A DNA stretch of 63,998 bases, filler included, from a bacterium (GTDB lineage Bacteria; JBBIVP01), in NCBI GenBank assembly GCA_037439705.1. It is 10 parts of 10 records of this genome, joined end to end, with 100 filler letters (N's around TTAATTAATTAA, not from the genome) between each part and the next. Parts side by side here need not be neighbours in the genome. Positions count along the whole stretch, not along the records: positions 6,840 to 13,573 come from JBBIVP010000117.1; positions 13,674 to 20,399 come from JBBIVP010000118.1; positions 20,500 to 27,201 come from JBBIVP010000119.1; 7 more parts are not named here. The stretch is one strand, 5' to 3'. This document shows, piece after piece, positions 10,592-21,657 of the stretch. Below the pieces are notes generated by a model. The model had not been told where the DNA came from. It did no database searches and worked only from the letters and a program-made list of their open reading frames with translations. The position numbers were made by a program, and so were the translations under genes. The first letter of the stretch is position 1; each line of letters starts with the position of its first letter.

Positions 10592-12700
10592 GTGAAAGAG
10601 GAAATAAAAGTAGATATAGGTTCAGAAGAAATTGTTTTTGAAAGCGGGGAACTCGCCCGGCAGGCAGACGGAGCAGTGGTATGCAAAGTTGGAGGAGGTG
10701 TGGTTTTAAGCACCTGTGTTATGGCAAAAGAAAGTGAAGAAGAGATTGACTTTGTTCCTTTAACCATTGAATACAGGGAAAAAAGCTATGCTGCTGGAAA
10801 AATTCCAGGCGGCTTCATAAAAAGAGAAGGAAAACCGGGTGAGAAGGAGGTTCTCACATCCCGTCTTATAGACAGGGGAATAAGACCCATTCTTCCCGAT
10901 AACCTTACAACAGAAATACAGGTTATAAGCTGGGTATTATCTGCAGATGAATCTGAGCCAGATGTAATAGCAATAAACTCCGCTTCCGCTGCACTTTACA
11001 TCTCCCATATCCCATTTCATACTCCTATTGGTGCCGTTCGGGTATGGTATAAAGACGGAAACTTTTTTGCAGGATTTTCCTCTCCAAAAGAAGAGGTTGA
11101 ACTGAATCTGGTAGTGGCAGGGACAGAGGAAGCGATTACAATGGTTGAAGGTGGAGGGAATGAGATAAAAGAGGAAATTTTTGTGCGAGCGCTTGAATTT
11201 GCGCATCCATATATAAAAGAGATCATCCGGGGCATAAAAGGTTTAAGGGAAAAGGTAGGAAAGGAAANNNNNNNNNNTTCTATGCATCCTTCATTGCTGG
11301 AAATAAAAGCAAGTTTGTAAGAGTATAATAATGAGATTGAATCGGGGCTGAAAATAAGTGAAAAGAAAAAAAGAAGAGAAGCGCTTGAGAGGATATATGA
11401 AGATGCTTTGATGAGATGGAAAGAGAAAATAAAAGATGATGTGGTTTTGAAAAATGCAAAAACCATATTTTTACAATTTTTCAAAGAGATTGAAAAAGAA
11501 ATCCTCAGGGGATGGATAAAAAAGGATGGATTAAGAATAGATGGAAGGGGACTGGATGAACTGAGGGAAATAAGGTGTGCAGTAGGTGTTCTTCCGAGAA
11601 CACACGGTTCCGCAATTTTCCAGAGAGGAGAAACTACCGCACTTGTGGTTACAACTTTAGGAACGAAAGAGGACGAACAGATAATAGAGGCACTCGGAGG
11701 AGACTTTTCAAAAAGATTTATGCTCCATTACAACTTTCCTCCTTTCTCAGTGGGAGAGGTAAAACCGATAAGGGGACCCGGAAGAAGGGAAATAGGACAC
11801 GGAGCATTAGCGGAAAGGGCATTTTTACCCATTATCCCTGACAAAGAAACTTTCCCATATACAATAAGGGTTGTTTCGGATATTCTTGAATCCAATGGCT
11901 CCTCTTCAATGGCAACAGTTTGTGGGGCTTCCCTTTCTATGATGGATGCGGGTATCCCGTTGAAAAAAGCAGTAGCAGGGGTAGCGATGGGTCTGGTAAA
12001 AGAATATGAAAGATTCTTCATTCTCACAGATATTCTCGGAGACGAAGACCATCTTGGCGATATGGATTTTAAAATTGCTGGAACAAGGGATGGGATAACT
12101 TCTGTGCAGATGGATATAAAGATAAAGGGGGTTACTCCTGAAATAATGAGAACCGCAGTTGAAAAAGCAAGGGAAGCGAGAATAAAAATCCTGGATATAA
12201 TGGACTCTGTTATCTCAGAACCAAGAAAACAACTTTCTCCATATGCCCCAAGGGTTCTGAAACTTCAGATAAATCCTGAAAGGATAAAAGACCTGATAGG
12301 TCCTGGTGGGAAAAATATAAAGTCAATAATAGAAGAGACAGGAGTGAAAATTGATGTGGAAAATGACGGAAAGGTATTTGTTTTTTCATCTGATAGCAAA
12401 AATGCTGAGAAGGCTCGTGAACTCGTAATGTATTTTACAGGCGAAGTAGAAATCGGAAAAATTTATACCGGAAAGGTTAAAAGAATAGCAGATTTCGGAG
12501 CATTTGTTGAAATTTTCCCTGGCGCAGAAGGTTTAATCCATATTTCACAACTTGATTTCAAAAGGATTAAAAAAGTAACAGATGTGGTAAAGGTGGGGGA
12601 TGAGGTTGTAGTGAAAGTCATAGGAATAAATGAAGATGGGAAAATTCAACTTTCCAGAAAGGAGGCTTTAAAGGAAGGGGCGAACTATGGAGAAAAATAG
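10592..12700 (+). CDS. pnp: Polyribonucleotide nucleotidyltransferase (10-N gap at 11268-11277 and in-frame TAA at 11318-11320)
   Basis: Two track ORFs in the same frame; [39 protein letters not shown] and S1 domains. Confidence 0.95.
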
Positions 12701-13573
12701 AAAAATTGAAAAAACCATTTTGCCAAATGGAATCACTGTTCTTACAGAAGAGATTCCAAATACATATTCGGTGGCGGGTGGCGTTTATGTAAAGGTTGGG
12801 TCAAGACATGAACTTTCTGACGAAGAAGGAATATCCCACTTCCTTGAGCATATGGTTTTCAAAGGAACGAAGAAAAGAGATGCGCTATCCATTGCTAAAG
12901 AAATGGATGCTATTGGAGGAACAATAGATGCGTTTACTTCTAAGGAGTTCACCTGTTATTACTTTAAGGTTCTGCCACACAATCTGGAAAGGTCACTTGA
13001 GCTTATCGCTGACATACTTCTGGAACCCATTTTAAGCGAGGAAGATGTATAAAAGGAAAAATAGGTTGTGAGTCAGGCGATATTGAGCGTTGAGGATACA
13101 CCTGAGGAGTATGCTCAAGAACTTATGTTCAGGCATTTCTTCAAAGGGCATCCATTAAGCAAATTTTTGCTTGGAACGGTTGAAACAGTGAATGGATTCT
13201 CAAGAAATAAGGTAATAAATTTTATGAATGTACATTATCATTCTGGCAATTTGATAATAAGTGGTGCTGGAAATATAACCCACAGTGAGTTTGTAGAACT
13301 GGTATGGAAGAATTTTACAAGTTTTATGACCGGAACAAATCCAAATGGTTTCTTCACCAATTCTTTCAATCCTGAAAAAATCGTGATGGTTCAAAAACCC
13401 CTTGAGCAGGTTCATCTTTGTATAGGGTTTGAAGGCACAAGATATGGAGAAAGAGAAAGATACGCCCTTTCCCTGTTTTCCACAATTTTTGGAACTTCCA
13501 ACAGTACAAGGCTCTTTGAGGAAATAAGGGAAAAGAGAGGGTGGGCATACGATATATATTCCTTCACTCATTC
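12687..13573 (+). CDS. M16-family zinc peptidase (in-frame stops at 13050 and 13062; 3' truncated)
   Basis: HFLEH inverted zinc motif, [17 protein letters not shown]; both ORF halves in one frame; usual position after pnp. Confidence 0.88.
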
Positions 13574-13673
13574 NNNNNNNNNNNNNNNNNNNNNNNNNNN
13601 NNNNNNNNNNNNNNNNNTTAATTAATTAANNNNNNNNNNNNNNNNNNNNNNNNNNNNNNNNNNNNNNNNNNNN

Positions 13674-14056
13674 AATTGATGGACAGGATTATTAATATTG
13701 GTGTGGTATTTGATGAATACGTATGAGTTACTGGGGTTGTAACAATTGAATATATAATGGAAGAAATATTCGGTGAAATTTACGATGAGGGGGATAAAGA
13801 AAAAAGGGAAATGTTTGAAATAAAAAATGGTGTTATAATTGCAGACGGTGAGTTGAGTATAGAAGAGCTATATCAACACACGGGAATAGAAATAAAGAAA
13901 GAGAACTTTGATACACTCGCCGGATTTCTCGTCCACCTTTTTGAAAAACTTCCCTCAAAAGGAGAAAAAATTAAATACAAAAACTTTCTCTTCACCATTG
14001 AGGAGGCGGACGAAAGAAAAATTAAAAGAATTAAAATTGAAATCCTTGAAGATTGA
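13674..14056 (+). CDS. Hemolysin/CorC-family CBS protein, C-terminal part (in-frame TGA at 13724)
   Basis: Degenerate DEYxx..G.VT.E.I.EEIFGEI.DE motif, DTLAGF, CorC_HlyC-like C-terminus. Confidence 0.85.
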
Positions 14057-14687
14057 AAAGAAGAAAAAAATTATTCTTGACAGGGTAGAAAAGGAAATCC
14101 GCTCCTACGGAGAATTTCTGGAAAGAAAAATAAATGAAAAGTTTTCAGGAATAATAGGCCTCGCTCTAAGGAAAACAGCAAAAATGCTCTTCAACTGGGT
14201 GATGAAAGGAAATGTTATAAATCGCTTTAAAAAGAATTACGAAGTTGTGCTTGATGCATGTGAGGAACTGATTGAAAAAGAAATAAATGAAAAAAAGAAA
14301 TTGTATCTCAATACCAACGAGATATATCTGAGAGCGAATAAGGAATCAAAAAAAATAAAAGAACTTGAAAAAAATCTCCTTAAAGAATTCGGGGTAAGGC
14401 TGAAAATATACTTAAGAATTTTAAAGGCAGATGGAGAAAATTATGAAGAACTTGTAAAAAATGCCTTCAAAGAGAAAGATGAACTGAAAAAACTTATTGA
14501 AGAGGAATNNNNNNNNNNCAGAATAGTCAAAGATACAATTGAACTGATATCTTATGAAAAGAACCTCATCAGAATCCCGACTGCCCTGAGAAGCCCTCTT
14601 ATCAGAATATTCTCCGTTTCTGCTAAAATCATGAAAGAAAAAATGCTTGAGGACACAGAAAAAATCTATAAAGATGAAAAAGTCTGA
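14046..14687 (+). CDS. Hypothetical helical protein (10-N gap at 14509-14518; start uncertain)
   Basis: Long Lys/Glu-rich ORF overlapping both neighbours; TTG at 14046 overlaps the upstream gene end. Confidence 0.65.
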   Translation: MKIEKKKKIILDRVEKEIRSYGEFLERKINEKFSGIIGLALRKTAKMLFNWVMKGNVINRFKKNYEVVLDACEELIEKEINEKKKLYLNTNEIYLRANKESKKIKELEKNLLKEFGVRLKIYLRILKADGENYEELVKNAFKEKDELKKLIEEEXXXXRIVKDTIELISYEKNLIRIPTALRSPLIRIFSVSAKIMKEKMLEDTEKIYKDEKV

Positions 14688-15789
14688 ACCGGTTTTTATA
14701 ATAAGAACAGATTCTTATGAAAATCTGAACGAACTTTCGTTTCTATTAATGGATGTCCTACCATCATTGAAAGGAAAAAAGGTTCTCATAAAACCAAACA
14801 TACTTGCTCCGAGGCGTCCTAATGAAGGAGTTACCACCCATCCCGCTGTATGCGAAAAGGTCATAGAAACTGTCCTTAAAAAAGGTGGCAATCCATTGGT
14901 AGGTGATTGTCCCGGAGTCAGCGGATACGGAGCATGCGAAAGGGCTGGCGAGGTTTCCGGCATAAAAGAGGTAAGCAAAGAGTTTTTTGTAAACTTTGCA
15001 AAGGAAGCAAAAAGAATACCTATAAAATCCTCGTTCTTATCAGAGATTACGGTTTCAAAAATTTGTTTTGAGGTTGACTATATCATAAACCTCCCAAAAT
15101 TTAAGACACATGCGCTGACCTATCTTACAGGTGCTATAAAGAACATGTTTGGAATTGTAGTAGGAGGAGACAAAGCATTAACCCACAGAAATGCTCCATC
15201 AAGGGAAAAATTTGCTGAAGCTATACTTGATATCTTCTCGCTGAGAAAACCAGACCTTACCGTAATGGACGGAATTGTGGCAATGGAAGGAAATGGACCT
15301 ACTGGAGGAGAATTGATAAATGCAGGAGTTATCCTTATTTCCAGAGATGCTCTCGCAGTTGATGCGGTAATGGGAGCAATAGTCAATGTAGACCCGATGA
15401 GCCTTCCGATAGTAAAAAAGGGAGTTGAAAGAAAAACAGGAAATGCTGACGTGGAAAAAATTCCAATTGAAGGAAAACTCGTTCCAATAAAAAATTTCAA
15501 AATGCCTTCCACATACTACTTTACCGCCACATCACCTTTTGCATATCTGATAAACAGGTATGTATTCCCGGCTTTTACGAGCGAGAAACTTACACTTTTG
15601 AAAAAGAGATGCAATAAATGCACGATTTGCATAAAGGAATGTCCCTCAGGAGCCATGCAAGAGGGAGCCGACGGATTTCCTCGCATAGAGAAAAAAAATT
15701 GTATAAACTGCTATTGCTGCATGGAATTGTGCCCGAAACAGGCATGGATACTCGGTGGATTTGTTAACCGATTAAGAAGATGGTTTTAA
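14674..15789 (+). CDS. DUF362 domain protein with C-terminal 2x[4Fe-4S] ferredoxin
   Basis: VLIKPN, TTHP, INLPKFKTH, MEGNGP; two CxxCxxCxxxCP motifs. Confidence 0.9.
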   Translation: MKKSEPVFIIRTDSYENLNELSFLLMDVLPSLKGKKVLIKPNILAPRRPNEGVTTHPAVCEKVIETVLKKGGNPLVGDCPGVSGYGACERAGEVSGIKEVSKEFFVNFAKEAKRIPIKSSFLSEITVSKICFEVDYIINLPKFKTHALTYLTGAIKNMFGIVVGGDKALTHRNAPSREKFAEAILDIFSLRKPDLTVMDGIVAMEGNGPTGGELINAGVILISRDALAVDAVMGAIVNVDPMSLPIVKKGVERKTGNADVEKIPIEGKLVPIKNFKMPSTYYFTATSPFAYLINRYVFPAFTSEKLTLLKKRCNKCTICIKECPSGAMQEGADGFPRIEKKNCINCYCCMELCPKQAWILGGFVNRLRRWF

Positions 15790-16718
15790 AGGAGTTGATT
15801 GAAAAGTTTTACAGCGGAGAAAGATCAGCGCTTGCAAAAATTATAAGTATGGTAGAAAAGAGGGAAAAGGACTATTTTGAAATTTTAAAGAACATAAAGG
15901 AACAAACCGAACCACACATAATAGGTATAACTGGTTCGCCCGGTGCCGGAAAAAGTTCGGTTATAAACAGACTCATTTCTGCCTTCAGAAAAAGGAAAAA
16001 GAAAGTTGGTGTTATAGCGTTTGACCCTTATAGTCCCTTTACAGGCGGAGCAATTCTCGGAGACAGAATAAGGATGACAGAACATACCCTTGATGATGGA
16101 GTTTACATAAGAAGCATAAGCTCGGGACCATCAAGTGGCGGAATATCGCCTGTAGTTTTTGACATAATAAGAATTTTTAAAGGATTTGGATTTGAGGTGG
16201 TAATGGTGGAAACCGTTGGAACAGGACAGAACGAAATAGCGATAAGGGATGTAGCGGATACAGTGCTTCTCGTTTTAACTCCGGAAAGCGGAGATGCGAT
16301 GCAGGCTATGAAAGCCGGAATTCTTGAAATTCCCGATATAGTCACAATAAACAAATGTGAAATTGCACAATCCGCTGAACTATTTAATGAACTTAACATC
16401 CTCTATGAAAAACCGAAAAATGGCTGGAAGGTGCCCGTAATAAAAATTTCTGCATTGAAAAATGAAGGTATAGATGAGCTTTATCTCGCCATTGAAGAAC
16501 ATCAAAAATATCTCACCAAAAGCGGGCTTATCAAGGAATCAAAAAACAGGAGAAAAAAAATGGGATTTTTTACAGCGGTTCAGGAAGATTTTATGAGAAA
16601 GTTGAAAAAAAGAGAAGAAGAAATTTTAAATTTAACAAAAGGAGGAGATGCTTATGAAATGGTGGAAAAATTCTGGAAGGATGAAAATCTTCTCAGAAAA
16701 ATTATTAAAGAGAAGTAG
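15780..16718 (+). CDS. meaB: MeaB/ArgK GTPase, chaperone of methylmalonyl-CoA mutase
   Basis: GITGSPGAGKS, DP.SP.TGGAILGDRIRM, ETVG.GQ.E, Q.MKAGILE. Confidence 0.92.
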   Translation: MVLKELIEKFYSGERSALAKIISMVEKREKDYFEILKNIKEQTEPHIIGITGSPGAGKSSVINRLISAFRKRKKKVGVIAFDPYSPFTGGAILGDRIRMTEHTLDDGVYIRSISSGPSSGGISPVVFDIIRIFKGFGFEVVMVETVGTGQNEIAIRDVADTVLLVLTPESGDAMQAMKAGILEIPDIVTINKCEIAQSAELFNELNILYEKPKNGWKVPVIKISALKNEGIDELYLAIEEHQKYLTKSGLIKESKNRRKKMGFFTAVQEDFMRKLKKREEEILNLTKGGDAYEMVEKFWKDENLLRKIIKEK

Positions 16719-18384
16719 TTTCCTTCTGCTTCTTCTTTTAACAGTCAAAAATTCTTTCGCTGAGGATTCCTATTCCAAAATTTTTTCGGCTATGGAAAAG
16801 GAGATGAAAAAGAACCTTGAAAACCTCAAATTGCGAGAGTATGAAAAGCCATATTTCATTGCCTACAGGTTAGTGGAGGTGAAGAAAATTGAGATAAGTG
16901 CAAAGTTTGGCTCAATAATTTATGATGAACCATCAAACTACAGAATAGTTTATGTAGAAACAAGGTATGGGAACTACTTTCTTGACAACACCTCGGATAC
17001 AGGATATTCAACTGGTTTTAATGATTATGAAGGATATAGTTCTCTCGCTCCACTGGATGAAGATTTAGATGTTCTCAAACACAGATTCTGGTTGCTTACA
17101 GAGGTTTCCTAAAAAAAGGCAGTTTCTGACTACTACAACAAAAAAGCAAAGAGGGTAATAAAGGTTCAGGAGGATGAAGATGTTCCAGATTTTTCAAGAG
17201 AAAAAAAGGTGGTTTACATTGGAAAAGAAAAGCCATACACTTTGGACAGGGATGCCTGGAAAGAAAAATTAAAAAGGGTCTCAAGAATTTTTAGAAATTA
17301 TGAGGATATAATAGACTCTGAAGTAAGAATGAGCGCAGAACAGGAAACCAGATTTTTCATCAATTCAGAAGGCACAAAAACATTTACTCAGAATACCTAT
17401 TATTATATAAGAATAAGAACCTCAGCACTCTCCGATGACGGAATGCCTCTCAGCAACTTTAAAAATTTCTTTGAAATCCATGAAGAAAATCTTCCATCAG
17501 AGAAAGACTTAATAAATTCAGCAAAAGAGGTGGCGGAAAAACTCCTTGAACTCAGAAAGTCGCCAGAAATGGAACCTTATACAGGTCCTGCGATTTTATC
17601 CCCGGAGGCAGCGGGTGTATTGTTCCATGAAGTTATTGGGCACAGACTTGAAGGTGACAGGCAGAGAAATCCAATGGAGGGAATGACATTCAAAAACAAA
17701 ATAGGAGAAAAAATCCTTCCGGAATTTCTAACAGTAATTGATGAGCCAACATTGAAAGAGGAAAACGGGAAGTCTATCAGCGGATATTATGAAATTGATG
17801 ACGAAGGTGTCCCGGCTCAAAAAGTAATTCTTGTAGAAAACGGCATTCTAAAAAATTTCCTGCTCTCAAGAAGGATGGTAAAAGGGTTTAAAAACTCAAA
17901 CGGACATGGAAGGGCTGATGAAAATTCAAAACCCATGGCAAGAATGGGAAACCTGATAATAAGGTCATCAAAGAGATATCCTCTCAAGGAACTTGAAGCT
18001 CAACTTCTTGTACTTTTGAAAGAAAAGGGAAAGGAATTCGGATTCATCATTGACCATGTGGAGGGCGGTGAAACTAACACATCAAGGTATGGATTTCAGG
18101 CATTCAAAGGAACACCTGTTCTTGTCTACAAGATATATGCAAAAGATGGTAAAAAAGAACTCGTGAGAGGCGTTGACATAGTTGGAACACCCCTCGCAAT
18201 CCTTGATAAAATAATTGCTACAAGCGATGAATACGGAGTATTCAACGGTATATGCGGTGCTGAATCGGGATTTATTCCTGTATCCACTGTAGCACCCGCA
18301 ATCCTTGTAAGCGAAATAGAATTGCAGAAAAAATCAGTTGAAAAGAAGAGGAACTTTATTTTAAAACCTGAATGGAAAAAATAG
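16681..18384 (+). CDS. Secreted TldD/PmbA-family metallopeptidase (in-frame TAA at 17110-17112)
   Basis: Signal peptide (..LLLLLTVKNSFA), HEVIGHRLE, DDEGV, SNGHGR, CGAESG; two track ORFs in one frame. Confidence 0.85.
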
Positions 18385-18394
18385 GAGGTGAATA

Positions 18395-18794
18395 ATGGAG
18401 ATAGAGAAACTCAACGAAGAAGAACTCAAAAAGACTGGAGACTATGAAACGCTGGAAAAGGGAAGGGTTTACCACTCAAATGGATTGGTAANNNNNNNNN
18501 NNNNNNNNNNNNNNNNNNNNNNNNNNNNNNNNNNNNNNNNNNNNNNNGGTAACCGGAAATCACGGAACATATTATCCAGTTTTATATTACGAGAAGGGAA
18601 AACTATCATTTAGATGCACTTGTGGAAAAAAAGAGCTCTGCAAACATGTTGTAGCACTTGGATTATCATGGATTTATGAAAAGGAAAAATTTATGTCTGT
18701 TGAGGATATTCTTAAAGAAAAAAATGAAAATGAACGAATAGAAATAATCAAAAAGGCATTACTAAAAATTCCAGGATTTCTATCACTTATTTAG
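18395..18794 (+). CDS. SWIM zinc-finger protein (spans N gap 18492-18547; second half missed by ORF track)
   Basis: After the gap my translation reads VTGNHGTY...FRCTCGKKELCKHVVAL...SLI*; before it EKGRVY; GGAGG RBS. Confidence 0.8.
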
Positions 18795-18796
18795 AA

Positions 18797-20284
18797 TTAA
18801 AACTTTGCTGTTAAGTGAACCTCCATTCCGAAAACAGAACGGGCATTTCCATTTGCATCTTCAAGGGCATCTCCTGGCCAGAACCATCCTAATTGAAGCC
18901 CTAAACCAAAACTATCATTAAACTGGAATTTTGAAACCCAGTCCAGCTCCCATCCGTAGTTTTTCCCGAGCTTTCCGCCCCTTATATTTGTAGTATCCTC
19001 TCCTTTAAGCCAGTCCCTGTAGGGTGAGTAAATTGCCCTTCCATAAAGAACGCTTAATGTGGATGTAAAACTCTCAACAGGTGCAAATCTGAGCGGTGCT
19101 GCATAAACATATATTGCATTTGAAACAGCACCGTAGGTAGGAACAATGGTTTTTAATATGTCTTCATACCCACTTCCCCATGTTAAAGTTCTTTCCTCAT
19201 AAACCCTTTTTGAATATAGAGCACCAATCCTTTCAAACATCAGGAGACCGACATTATAGTCCCTGTCCATGGGAATTGACTCAATCCTCCTGTTCTTCAA
19301 TCCATCCTTGTCTCCACTCGCATACCCTACTTCAAGAATGAACTCAAGGGGGTCCCAGCGATATTTTCCCCTCAAGACTGCGTTTATTGCTCCTATATCA
19401 ACATCCTTCTCTGATGGGACTCCAAGGTTTCTTATTTCGTTAAAAGCCTTTGTCTCACCATATATAAAAGAAGATTCTAACTCGAGGGTTAGATTTTCAA
19501 CCATTGAAAATTCAATGTATGGGTCTATAACTGCTATTTTCGTATCTGTTTTTGAACCAACAACATAAGACATATAAACACCCCCCTTTATTCCCCTTTC
19601 TTCATCTTTCCAGTAAGGAATAAGCAACCAGTGGTCAATATCATCTGCGGGCGTTTCAGGGTCAAACTTTTTATCCTTTGCCTCCCAGACCTTATCATAT
19701 CCTATTGCGAGAAGAAATGGAGAATCCTCACCAAATGGCCTCATCCTGAAAAGAATCCTGTCCCTGGTATCACCAAAATGCGCATCTCCGTATTCATTTC
19801 TGAATCCCCTTCCATCGTTTTCAAGTATTCCGAGCCCCCAGTGGGAAGGCATTCTTCCTATGTCAAGTCTTCCAAATGGAGTCTCAATCTCAGCCCATAC
19901 CCTTTTGACACCAATTATCCTTGATGTTCCTTCAACAGTAGTATCAGTTATGTCTCCCGGATAGATTCCGCCATAGAAATTCGGATTCTCTGCAAGAGCC
20001 GGAACCTGAACTCCCTGCGCTCCCCATATAACATCATCAAGAGCATCTATCTCAGCATAAATTCTCACACTCTCAACAGGAGAGAACTCGGGTTCAAGTC
20101 TCAATCTGCTCTGGAGGTATCCTGTATTCTTCGGAGCTTCCTTTGAGGTTAGACTCAAATACCTCATGTATATTCCCCTTGTCCTGAAATATCCGTGAAA
20201 CTTTACCTTTGTTGGAATTTCATCCTCTGCAAATCCATTACTTCCAATCAAAAGAAGCCCCATTATCCATACTATCTTCTTCAT
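18797..20284 (-). CDS. Outer-membrane beta-barrel protein (porin / alginate-export-like)
   Basis: Signal peptide, GYFRTR, GRMPSHWGLG, GYASGD, GWELD, C-terminal Phe. Confidence 0.75.
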   Translation of the reverse strand: MKKIVWIMGLLLIGSNGFAEDEIPTKVKFHGYFRTRGIYMRYLSLTSKEAPKNTGYLQSRLRLEPEFSPVESVRIYAEIDALDDVIWGAQGVQVPALAENPNFYGGIYPGDITDTTVEGTSRIIGVKRVWAEIETPFGRLDIGRMPSHWGLGILENDGRGFRNEYGDAHFGDTRDRILFRMRPFGEDSPFLLAIGYDKVWEAKDKKFDPETPADDIDHWLLIPYWKDEERGIKGGVYMSYVVGSKTDTKIAVIDPYIEFSMVENLTLELESSFIYGETKAFNEIRNLGVPSEKDVDIGAINAVLRGKYRWDPLEFILEVGYASGDKDGLKNRRIESIPMDRDYNVGLLMFERIGALYSKRVYEERTLTWGSGYEDILKTIVPTYGAVSNAIYVYAAPLRFAPVESFTSTLSVLYGRAIYSPYRDWLKGEDTTNIRGGKLGKNYGWELDWVSKFQFNDSFGLGLQLGWFWPGDALEDANGNARSVFGMEVHLTAKF

Positions 20285-20308
20285 AAGAACCTCCTTCGTT
20301 TTTTTTAG

Positions 20309-20337
20309 AAAATAGCATTTTCTCTTAGAGATGTCAA
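20309..20337 (-). promoter_or_regulatory. Sigma70-type promoter of beta-barrel gene
   Basis: TTGACA-17-TATTTT with extended -10 TG; AAGGAGG RBS downstream. Confidence 0.6.
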
Positions 20338-20345
20338 CAAAAATC

Positions 20346-20399
20346 CTCTTTTAGGTTAAGAGATAGTATCCATGGATGTAAGGTATGGAAAAGGAGATG
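20346..20399 (+). repeat. 54-bp dispersed repeat, copy 1 (scaffold end)
   Basis: 51/54 identical to 40575-40628; both end in AAGGAGATG exactly at the scaffold break. Confidence 0.9.
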
Positions 20400-20499
20400 N
20401 NNNNNNNNNNNNNNNNNNNNNNNNNNNNNNNNNNNNNNNNNNNTTAATTAATTAANNNNNNNNNNNNNNNNNNNNNNNNNNNNNNNNNNNNNNNNNNNN

Positions 20500-21466
20500 T
20501 GTAAGCGTTCTCCACAAGAAAATCAAGTTCTTCACAACTAACCTCATATTCTTCTTTCAGACCCTTATGGGACATCCAGAACAATTCTCCAACAAGCTGG
20601 GCATCCTTCTTTTCAAAGGCTGAAATCGCTTTTATAACCCTGTCATTCTCTTCAAGGACATATCTACATCTTTTTACAGCCACCACTGAAACCCCATTTG
20701 CCACTTCGGAAATCCATTCCTTCTTCACATCCCTCAGTGCCTTAACCTCAGGATGCCTTTTCTTGATAGATTTAAGGCACTCATTACATTCAAGCTGTCT
20801 TTTTTTGTATTCCGAAGAAGCCAGCGAACGCTTTACCCTTGTATCACATACTACAATGCTCCAGTTCTCAGGAATTTTTACATGCTCAAATTTCAGGGTT
20901 CTGCAGTCAAGAAAAATAGCAAATCCCTTTTTTCCAAAAACTGCTGCTGTTTGGTCCATTATTCCACATGGAACTCCGACAAATCTGTTCTCAAGTTCCT
21001 TTGAAAGATGAACAATGTCCCATGAAGAGAGATTTAGATTATAAAGAGTTCCCCATAGAGCAGTCATTGCGACTTCTACCGATGCTGATGAACTCAAACC
21101 ACCTCCCAATGGCACATAACCCTTCACCACCCCTTCAATTCCTTCCACTTTATATCCCTTATCCTTAAGAATGTATCCGGCCCCAAGAAGATATGCTCTC
21201 CAATCAGGTTTCTCCGGAGGAGAGAGGGAAGATATTTCTCCCTTAGCAAAATCGCCAAAATTATCTGAAAATATACTTATCTTCTGACTTCTTTTTCCTA
21301 CCGCATAGGTTTTCAGATGAATTGCAACAGGTAGTACAAATCCTTCGTGATAATCTGTATGCTCACCTATGAGATTTACCCTTCCCGGTGCTGCTGTGAA
21401 GATATACTCTCCCCCTCCAAAAATTTCCTCCGCTTTCTTTTTCAGTTCATCCTTTATTTTCCTCAC
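20500..21466 (-). CDS. galK: Galactokinase (3' truncated)
   Basis: APGRVNLIGEHTDY, GGGLSSSAS, CGIMDQ, YEVSCEELD. Confidence 0.94.
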
Positions 21467-21656
21467 CTCCCTTTCCTATAAACAAAAGGATTATTCCGCT
21501 TATAAGCATAATTCCTCCCCACCACAGACTGGGATGAAGATGAGAAAGGGCAGTGTTAGAAGGATGAAAAAGATAATAAATTCCACTTCCTCCAACGATA
21601 AACCCGTATGTAATAAGGACAATCCCTACCCAGAACCATACAGAAAGCATCTTCAT
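21447..21656 (-). CDS. Small two-TM membrane protein coupled to the symporter
   Basis: 69 aa, two hydrophobic segments, between symporter and galK. Confidence 0.7.
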   Translation of the reverse strand: MKMLSVWFWVGIVLITYGFIVGGSGIYYLFHPSNTALSHLHPSLWWGGIMLISGIILLFIGKGGEENKG

Positions 21657-21657
21657 T

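Noticed and set aside
13050-13064. Stop-codon reassignment, selenocysteine or pyrrolysine
   Set aside because: TAA, TAG and TGA all end normal genes here; the internal stops replace different residues and sit among other substitutions
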